This document shows, piece after piece, positions 57,155 through 64,000 of a DNA stretch of 64,000 bases. The position numbers were made by a program, and so were the translations under genes. The stretch is from Myxococcales bacterium (GTDB lineage: Bacteria; Myxococcota_A; UBA9042; JABWCM01; BTVJ01). Each line of letters opens with the position of its first letter. Within the stretch, counting starts at the first letter, position 1. The stretch is from the NCBI GenBank assembly GCA_045863395.1, contig BTVJ01000002.1:32001-96000 (forward strand). The letters are read 5' to 3'. Under the pieces are notes generated by a model, which had not been told where the DNA came from, ran no database searches, and saw only the letters and a list, made by a program, of their open reading frames with translations.

Positions 57155-59586
57155 TGGACACAGGCGTCGATCAGGAGGTCATCGACCCAGGGGCCCGGGA
57201 GCGCGTTGAAGAGCGAGTCCAGCGTGACGAAGCGGAGCGCGACGCGTGCCGTCTGTCCGTTCAGGCCGGTGATGGGCAAGCGGATCAGGTGGAACCACTT
57301 GCCCCCGAGCATCTCGCCCTGCGGACCCGCGTCCCAGTAGGGGGTCATCGGGGCGTCGCTGCTCCACAGTGTCTGCTGGCCGCCCTCCGTCACGACCAGG
57401 ACCGACAGGACGTCGTGGTGGGGGCCGTCGGTGAATCCAGCCGTCCACTCGTTCTCGATGCGCACCCACAAGGAGACGGTGGTGCCCGGCTCCACGACGA
57501 AGGGGGCGGTCGCCACGGCCACGTCGATGAGGCCCCCGTCGTAGGTGTCCGTCTCCGGGTTCACGGCGCGGAGGCAGCCGCCAGGGGAGTGGCAACCCTC
57601 GGCCGACCAGGTCCAGGCGACTCCGCTCGTGGGGTCGCTGTCCCAGAGGGGGAAGAGCAGCTCCGGCTGGGGGAAGTCGGTCGTCAGAAGAGGCGCGCAG
57701 CACCCGGTGGCCCCCGTGAACTCAAAGGAGCACGTGCCGTCGTCGCAGCCGCCGCCCGTGCAGGGGTCCCCGTCCTCGCAGTCTGCCGTGCCCTCGCAGC
57801 ACGCGGGGACGTGGACGCACCCTCCCGCCGAGCAGCGGTCGTCGGTGCAGGGGTCGTCGTCCAGGCAGTCGGAGGCGTCGGCGCAGCAGCCGGGGAGCGC
57901 GCCGTGGGTGCAGCGACCCCCGTCTGGGGGGCAGGTGTCCACGGTGCAGGGGTCCCCGTCCGCGCACGTGCCACCCTTCAGGCAGCAATCGAAGGACGGC
58001 GGGTTGGCGCAGGTCCCCGGTGGTCCACCCATGCAGAGGTCGTCGGTGCAGGGGTCGCCGTCCCAGCAGCTCGCGGCGGTCACGCAGCAGCCCTTCGTCG
58101 GGGCGTGGGCGCAGAAACCCTCCTGGCAGGAGTCCGCCGTGCACGGGTCGTCGTCGTCACAGGGGATGTCCGGGAGGCAGAGCGCGGGAGCGAGGTGCAT
58201 GCACGCGCCGTTGATGCACAGGTCCGTCGTCGTGGCGTGTCCGTCGTTGCACGCCTGCACGGAGACGCAGGGGGCTGGGGCGCAGGTGGTCGTCACCGCG
58301 ATCCAGTCCACGAGGACGCCAAGCCCCTCGTTGAAGGCCGAGTCCACGGTGTCGAAGCGGAGGCGGAGCTGAATCGTCTGCCCCCCGAAGGCAGTGAGGG
58401 AGATGGCGACCTCGTGCCAACTCTGCGTGGACGGCAGCGCAGACTTGGTCCAGAGGAGGACTGCGCCGCCGGAGGTCACCGCGTGAACGGTCAGGTGGTC
58501 TGCCAGCAGCCCCGGCTCGGCGTCGAAGAGCAGGCGCAGGGTCGCCGTGGTCGCGGCCCCTGCGGGTACGAGAAACGGGGGGCTCGTCGCTTCCCCGCTC
58601 GACGTCCCCACGTCGAAGCCGCCGGTCTCTGGATCTCCGAACCACAACACGGGCGAGCCGGCCGGCCCGAACGGGGGGACCACGCTCCAGCCCGCGCCGC
58701 CCTCGCCCTCGATCTGCCAGCCCGCCGCCTCTCCGTCGTCGAAGCTGGCGCTCCAGACCGCCGGTGTGCAGCACTCGGGCGCCGGTGAGGGAGCGTGAAC
58801 GCAGGATGCGCTCACGCACGAGTCCAGGGTGCACGGGTCCTCGTCGACACACTGGGCGTGGGACGAGCAGCAGAACGTGGGGTCGTGGAGGCACCCCGCG
58901 CCCGGGGCGCAGGAGTCGGCCGTGCAGGGGTCTCCGTCATCGCAGGCCGCCGCCGCGTGCGTACAGAGTGAGGTCGCCTCGCTGCACCCGTCGTCGGTAC
59001 AGGGGTCGCCGTCGTCGCAGAGCTCGGGGATGACGAAGCAGCCGGCGAGCGGGTCGCAGCCGTCGAGGGTGCACACGGAGCCGTCGTCACAGGGCACGAA
59101 GGCGTGCGCACACTCTCCGTCCACGCAGGAGTCGAGGGTGCACGGCGAGGAGTCGTCGCAGTCCCCGTCTTTCAGGCAGGGACCTGGGCCTGCGTCCGTC
59201 TCTCCGTCGCCGTGGTCGCCCGCGTCCGCGCCCGCGTCTCCGCCCGCGTCTCCGCTCGCGTCCGCGCCCGCGTCCGCGCCCGCGTCCGCGCCCGCGTCCG
59301 CGTCCGCGTCTCCGCCCGTGGTCTCATCCCCGTCGTGGGTCTGCGAGCCGTCGCCCGCGTCGGGACCCTGTACGTCGCTCAGGTCGCCATCGGGGAGAGC
59401 GCCGCCGGAGTCCGCATCGGCCGGGCCGTCACAGCCGGTCTCCGGGCACCCGTTCCCCGAACCGCCGTCGCCCGGCACTCCATCGGCGTGGGCGGCCCCG
59501 TCGTCGGTCCCAGGTCCGCTCCAGGGACGGACCTCGGCGCAGGCAGAGAGCGTCACGAGCCATGCGAGCAGCCACCCAAGTTTCAT
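57151..59586 (-). CDS. Cys-rich repeat lipoprotein with two jelly-roll-like beta-sandwich domains
   Basis: LSAC lipobox; Asp/Gly stalk; CDDGDPCT repeats; related domain ends LRLRFDTVDS..N..G..VD and LRFVTLDS..N..G.WVDD. Confidence 0.8.
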   Translation of the reverse strand: MKLGWLLAWLVTLSACAEVRPWSGPGTDDGAAHADGVPGDGGSGNGCPETGCDGPADADSGGALPDGDLSDVQGPDAGDGSQTHDGDETTGGDADADAGADAGADAGADASGDAGGDAGADAGDHGDGETDAGPGPCLKDGDCDDSSPCTLDSCVDGECAHAFVPCDDGSVCTLDGCDPLAGCFVIPELCDDGDPCTDDGCSEATSLCTHAAAACDDGDPCTADSCAPGAGCLHDPTFCCSSHAQCVDEDPCTLDSCVSASCVHAPSPAPECCTPAVWSASFDDGEAAGWQIEGEGGAGWSVVPPFGPAGSPVLWFGDPETGGFDVGTSSGEATSPPFLVPAGAATTATLRLLFDAEPGLLADHLTVHAVTSGGAVLLWTKSALPSTQSWHEVAISLTAFGGQTIQLRLRFDTVDSAFNEGLGVLVDWIAVTTTCAPAPCVSVQACNDGHATTTDLCINGACMHLAPALCLPDIPCDDDDPCTADSCQEGFCAHAPTKGCCVTAASCWDGDPCTDDLCMGGPPGTCANPPSFDCCLKGGTCADGDPCTVDTCPPDGGRCTHGALPGCCADASDCLDDDPCTDDRCSAGGCVHVPACCEGTADCEDGDPCTGGGCDDGTCSFEFTGATGCCAPLLTTDFPQPELLFPLWDSDPTSGVAWTWSAEGCHSPGGCLRAVNPETDTYDGGLIDVAVATAPFVVEPGTTVSLWVRIENEWTAGFTDGPHHDVLSVLVVTEGGQQTLWSSDAPMTPYWDAGPQGEMLGGKWFHLIRLPITGLNGQTARVALRFVTLDSLFNALPGPWVDDLLIDACVH
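59220..59315. repeat. 12-bp tandem repeat, about 8 copies, encoding a DAGA-type stalk
   Basis: CCGCGTCCGCGC / CCGCGTCTCCGC units within the lipoprotein linker. Confidence 0.8.
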
Positions 59587-59670
59587 CCAGTCTCCACGGG
59601 ACCTCTCCCCTGCTGTCCGGGGCCCCGGGATCCTACACGGTCGCTCGCACGGCTGCACGCGAGGGCGCAG

Positions 59671-61848
59671 TCACAGGTGAGAGGCGCACCACGCCCCGAG
59701 GGCGCGCATGGCCCGGTCGATTCGGCGCCAGGTCGGGATACCCGCGCGCTGCAGGACGGTGACGCAGGGGTCGTAGAGCGCCCCCGAGTCGATGGCGGCG
59801 ACCACGGGCTTGCGCGTCGAGGCCACGACACCGGCGATGCGGTTCGGCAGGGAGCCGGCGGCCTCCACGTCCTCGCCGTGCCGACCCAGCGGGTCCCGCG
59901 GGAGCACGTCCAGCGCGGGGGTCACCGGGACCGCGGAGACCACCACCACGTCCACGCCCGGGTCCGCGACCAGCGCCTCCAAGGCCCCCACGAACTGCTC
60001 CGTGGTGGCCATCGGGGTGGCGTCGATGGGGTTGTCCGCGTGGGCCATGGGGGGCAGTTGGGCTGCGAGCCGCGCCCGGGTCTCCTCGCAGAGCCGAGCG
60101 ACCTCCAGGCCCCCGAGCGCGTCCATGGCCGACGAGCACTCGAAGCCCGCGTTGGACAGCACGCCGACCCGCCTCCCGGGTCGGTGGTTCCCCAGCAGCG
60201 TGAAGGCCACGGTGAGGTCCTGGAGCTCGTCCAGGGACTCGGCCACGAGAGCGCCCGCCGCCGCGAGCAGCGCCCGGGCCACCTCCCAGTCCCCGGCCAG
60301 CGACGCCGTGTGGCTCGCCGCCGCCGCCGCCGCCGCCTGCGTGCGCCCCGCCTTGTAGACCAGCACCGCCCTCCCGGCGGCCCGGTGGCGGCGCACCAGG
60401 TCGACGAAGCGCAGCCCGTCCAGGGGCTCGAAGCCCTCGATGTAGCAGGTGATCACGCGGACGCTCGGGTCGCCCAGGGCGTGCTCCAGCAGGTCCGCGA
60501 CCGTCAGGTCCATCTGGTTGCCGTAGGAGATGGCCGCCCTCGGTGAGACCACTCCGTCCAGGTTGCTGCCGAGGGTCACGAGGTAGGCGCCGCTCTGGCT
60601 CAGGCACAGCAGGCCGTCGCCGGGGGCGTCGCTCCACGGCAGCTTGACCCGGGGCAGGAAGAACGTGTTGTAGCGACCCTTCGCCACCACGCCGAGGCAG
60701 TTGGCCCCGACGAGCACGGGGCCGCCGTCCGTCCGGCTCCTGCTCCCCTCCAGGATGCCCGTGATCTCCGCGGCCAGCCCTCGGTCCCCCGTCTCGGCGA
60801 AGCCGCCGGGGATCAGGATCAGGCTCCGCGCCTTGCTCCCATCCACCAGGTCGCGGATCGCGTCGCGGGCTGCGTCCGCCGGGACGGAGACCACCGCCAG
60901 ATCCACGGGGCTCAGGTCCGCCACCGTGGCTACGCAGGGCACGCCGTCGATGGCCGTCTCCTTGGGGTGCACCGCCCGAAGCTCCAGCCCCGGCGCCTCG
61001 CGCAGGTTCTGCAGGATCACCCGCCCTGCGTTGGCGCCACGCCCCGACGCGCCGATGACGGCGGCCGAGCGCGGCGCGAGGAGCGTGTCGATGGCACCGA
61101 GGGGCCTCGGGGGTCGCCTCGGCCCTTGCGTGCCTGCCAGTCGCGCGACCCCGTCCAGTGCGACGACGCCTCCTCCCCGCGGCACCAGGGGGTTCACCTC
61201 CAGCTCGTCGATCCCCTCGATGGACGCCAGCCCGCGCACGGCCGCCCACAGCGCCTCCCAGCAGAACGGAGGTCGCGGGTACAGCCGCGACGGGGCCGCG
61301 AGGAGCGCAACGCCGGGCCCGAGCGACGCGGGGGCCGGCGGCCCCTGTCTCAACCGAGGGTCCGTGGCGGACGCGACCCAGGTGGAGCGCCCGGGCCCCA
61401 GCGCGCCGTACCACTCCGTGAGCACGCCGCCCAGGCCCAGCACCACCACGGGCCCGAAGGCCGGGTCCTGGCGGAGGGAGAGCAGCGCCTCACCGCCCGG
61501 ACCGTCGGGGAAGCTCACCCGCTCGCAGACGAGCACCCCGTCCACCCGCGCGTCGGGTCGCGCCGCCCGCGCCCGCGCGACCACCTCGAGCGCGGCCGCC
61601 CGCACGGCCTCGCCCTCACCGGCGCAGAAGGCCACGCCCCCGACCTCGGTCTTGTGCACGATGTCCGCCGCGTGGACCTTGACCACCACCCGGTCCGACC
61701 CCACCGCCTCCACGGCGCGTCGGGCGTCCTCCAGCGAGGGCGCGGGTCCGAGCACGGCGTGCCGGGGCGCCCCTATCCCCACGCGGCCCAGCAGCCGGTA
61801 GACCTCCGCCTCCAGCAGGCGCGCGCCCGCTCCACTCGTCTCGCTCAT
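59671..61848 (-). CDS. ADP-forming acyl-CoA synthetase (acetate-CoA ligase family), ATP-grasp domain first
   Basis: HKTEVGGV, DPAFGPVV, ELEVNPL, PRSAAVIGAS, GGFAE, SQSGA, phospho-His ASHT and NPID. Confidence 0.9.
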   Translation of the reverse strand: MSETSGAGARLLEAEVYRLLGRVGIGAPRHAVLGPAPSLEDARRAVEAVGSDRVVVKVHAADIVHKTEVGGVAFCAGEGEAVRAAALEVVARARAARPDARVDGVLVCERVSFPDGPGGEALLSLRQDPAFGPVVVLGLGGVLTEWYGALGPGRSTWVASATDPRLRQGPPAPASLGPGVALLAAPSRLYPRPPFCWEALWAAVRGLASIEGIDELEVNPLVPRGGGVVALDGVARLAGTQGPRRPPRPLGAIDTLLAPRSAAVIGASGRGANAGRVILQNLREAPGLELRAVHPKETAIDGVPCVATVADLSPVDLAVVSVPADAARDAIRDLVDGSKARSLILIPGGFAETGDRGLAAEITGILEGSRSRTDGGPVLVGANCLGVVAKGRYNTFFLPRVKLPWSDAPGDGLLCLSQSGAYLVTLGSNLDGVVSPRAAISYGNQMDLTVADLLEHALGDPSVRVITCYIEGFEPLDGLRFVDLVRRHRAAGRAVLVYKAGRTQAAAAAAASHTASLAGDWEVARALLAAAGALVAESLDELQDLTVAFTLLGNHRPGRRVGVLSNAGFECSSAMDALGGLEVARLCEETRARLAAQLPPMAHADNPIDATPMATTEQFVGALEALVADPGVDVVVVSAVPVTPALDVLPRDPLGRHGEDVEAAGSLPNRIAGVVASTRKPVVAAIDSGALYDPCVTVLQRAGIPTWRRIDRAMRALGAWCASHL

Positions 61849-61865
61849 CGGGCTCCTCGTGTCGG

Positions 61866-63293
61866 TCAGCGCTGCAGGTCCCGCGCGGCCCGCTGCCCCC
61901 ACGCGAAGGCCTCCTCGTTCAGCGGGATCATGCTGCACTTGTCCTTGAGCGCCTGGCGGATGGCCGACAGCAGCGACTCCGCGGGCAGCAGCTCCGTGGC
62001 GGCCTGGAGCGCCCCGAGGGCGACCACGTTCTTGACCACCACGCGCCCCAGATCCGCGGCGATGCCCGTGAAGGGGACGCCGAAGACCCGGACCCCCTCC
62101 GCGACCTCCGGCACCTCCGGGATCACCGTGCTGTCATAGACGATGGTGCCGCCCGGGACCACGACCGGCCCGAACTTCGCCAGGCTCGGGGCGTTGAAGG
62201 CCACCAGCACGTGGGGGTGGGGCGCCGACGGGCTGAACACCTCCTCGGTGGCCATGTGCACGTCCGCATAGGACGTCCCGCCCCGCGACTCGGGGCCGTA
62301 GCTCGGGATGTGGGTGGAGTCGAAGCCCTCGTTGATCGCGGCCCGTGTGATGAGCATCGCCGCCGTCTGCGCGCCGTCGCCCCCGGCGCCCGCCAGCTTG
62401 AGGGCCACGTCCTCGGCCGCGATGTGTGCAGGGAAGCGGGCACCGAAGCGCGGGGCGGCCTCGTCCGTCGTCTCGAGCGCGGTCATCACCCGGTCGGGCG
62501 CGAAGGAGGGTGGCGCAGGCAGCTCGTGGGAGGGGGCCTCCACGTCCTTCTTCACCCCGAGCGGGAACACCTGGGTCATGGAGTCGCGGACCCACCCTTC
62601 TGCCTCCTCCGGTGTCATGCGCAGGTGGGTGGGGCACTCGGCGAGCACCTCGACGAAGGAGAACCCCCGCTGCTCCACCTGGAGCCGCACCGCCTTCTCG
62701 ATGGCCTTCTTGGCCCGCGTCCGCTGCTTGTTGTCGTAGAGCGCCACCCGCTCCACGTAGATGGGCCCGTCGAGCTGCGCCATCACCTCGGCCATCTTGA
62801 GCGGCTGCCCCATCCCCGGCGTTCGCCCATACGGGGACGTGCTGGTCTTCTGCCCCATGAGCGTCGTCGGCGCGAGCTGACCGCCGGTCATGCCGTAGAT
62901 GGCGTTGTTCACGAAGATGACCGAGATGGGGATGCCCGACTGGGCCGTGCTGATGATCTCGGCGAGGCCGATGGACGCCAGATCCCCGTCCCCCTGGTAG
63001 CTGATGACGATGGCCTCCGGGTTGGCGGTCTTGTGGCCGATGGCGACGGCCGGCGCGCGCCCGTGGGCCGCCTGGGAGTTGCCCGTGTCGAAGTAGTAAT
63101 AGAGGAAGACCGCGCAGCCGACGGGCGAGATCATCACCGTGCGATCCTGGATGCCGAGCTCGTCGATGGCCTCCGCCAGATACTTGTGCGCAAGGCCGTG
63201 CCCGCAGCCCGGGCAGTAGTGGGTGGACTGGCCCTTCAGGCCCTCGCCGTGGGCGTGCCGCTCGAAGCGGTCGTAGAAGACGGTGCTTGTCAT
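61866..63293 (-). CDS. 2-oxoacid:ferredoxin oxidoreductase, fused beta+gamma subunit
   Basis: YCPGCGHG, HGRA, TPP motif GDGD...NN.IYGMTGGQ; gamma part AGAGGDG and SYGPESRGG. Confidence 0.92.
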   Translation of the reverse strand: MTSTVFYDRFERHAHGEGLKGQSTHYCPGCGHGLAHKYLAEAIDELGIQDRTVMISPVGCAVFLYYYFDTGNSQAAHGRAPAVAIGHKTANPEAIVISYQGDGDLASIGLAEIISTAQSGIPISVIFVNNAIYGMTGGQLAPTTLMGQKTSTSPYGRTPGMGQPLKMAEVMAQLDGPIYVERVALYDNKQRTRAKKAIEKAVRLQVEQRGFSFVEVLAECPTHLRMTPEEAEGWVRDSMTQVFPLGVKKDVEAPSHELPAPPSFAPDRVMTALETTDEAAPRFGARFPAHIAAEDVALKLAGAGGDGAQTAAMLITRAAINEGFDSTHIPSYGPESRGGTSYADVHMATEEVFSPSAPHPHVLVAFNAPSLAKFGPVVVPGGTIVYDSTVIPEVPEVAEGVRVFGVPFTGIAADLGRVVVKNVVALGALQAATELLPAESLLSAIRQALKDKCSMIPLNEEAFAWGQRAARDLQR

Positions 63294-63305
63294 CGGAAGG
63301 CCTCC

Positions 63306-64000
63306 TCAGTGCGCCAGGGCGGCGACGCGGTCCACGATGTCGTGCTGCTGCGGGAGCATGCCCCCGAAGCGGCGGATGTTGGCGATGGGCGGCGCGTTGA
63401 TGCCCGCGTGGCTCAGCGCGAGGCGCAGCTCGTCCTCGAGCTGGCCGTTGCTCGCCTCGACCACCACCAGGCGCCGGACTCGCCCCATGAGGGGTGCCAG
63501 CGCGTCGATGGGGAAGGGCCACAGGGTCACCGGCCGGAACAGTCCCACCTCGTGCCCCTCGGCGCGCAGCTCCCGGACCGCCCCCTTCGCCATGTGGGAG
63601 GGCGTGTTGCACGCGACGATGAGGGTCTCGGCGTCCTCGCAGCGGTAGAGCTCCGACCGCTGCTCCGAGCGCATGGCCGCGTACTTCGCGTTGAGCTTGA
63701 TGTTGTGCTTCTCCAGGTCGGGCTCGGCGAGGTCGATGCTGCACATCAGGTTGCCGCGGTGGTCCCGGTCACCCCAGACCGCCCAGGCGGGGAGCCCCGG
63801 CTCCACCATGTGCTCGGGGAGCCTCACCTTGCCCGTCATCTGGCCCAGGTAGCCGTCCCCGAGCACGATGACGGGGTTCCGGTACTTGAAGGCCAGGTCG
63901 AAGGCCACCATGGACAGCTCCAGCATCTCCTGCGGGCTCGCGGGCGCCAGCACGAGGGCGTGGGAGTTGCCGTGGCCAAGCCCCCGGCAGGCCAGCTTGA
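63306..64000 (-). CDS. 2-oxoacid:ferredoxin oxidoreductase alpha subunit (VorB-like), 5'-truncated by the window
   Basis: LAPASPQEM, YRNPVIVLGDG.LGQM, GLFRP.TLWPFP and VVE.S.GQ; the frame runs to the window edge. Confidence 0.9.
   Translation of the reverse strand, partial: KLACRGLGHGNSHALVLAPASPQEMLELSMVAFDLAFKYRNPVIVLGDGYLGQMTGKVRLPEHMVEPGLPAWAVWGDRDHRGNLMCSIDLAEPDLEKHNIKLNAKYAAMRSEQRSELYRCEDAETLIVACNTPSHMAKGAVRELRAEGHEVGLFRPVTLWPFPIDALAPLMGRVRRLVVVEASNGQLEDELRLALSHAGINAPPIANIRRFGGMLPQQHDIVDRVAALAH

Overview
Very GC-rich bacterial DNA, most likely Myxococcota or a relative (inferred from a MYXO-CTERM-like tail and four large Cys-rich surface proteins), with about 39 genes. I found no rRNA, tRNA, CRISPR array or transposase. 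Recognisable genes: recC-recB-recD, purU, kynA, a guanine deaminase, an acyl-CoA dehydrogenase, an asparaginase II, an ECF sigma/cupin anti-sigma pair, an ArsR-led thiol-redox/permease operon, and a 2-oxoacid:ferredoxin oxidoreductase plus ADP-forming acyl-CoA ligase operon. The most striking features are: (1) a stand-alone gene (21091-22695) resembling a MARTX RID-type lysine fatty-acyltransferase with a toxin-type membrane-localisation domain moved to the C-terminus; (2) an N6-adenine DNA methyltransferase with no evident nuclease domain, translationally coupled to recD; (3) a 169-bp CTAG-bounded fold-back element with a minus-strand G-U bias; (4) a lipoprotein carrying PEP-synthase-like ATP-binding and phospho-His domains; (5) a candidate nucleoid protein with a histone-H1-like linker and winged helix. 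All family assignments come from reading motifs by eye and from recall; no database searches were run.
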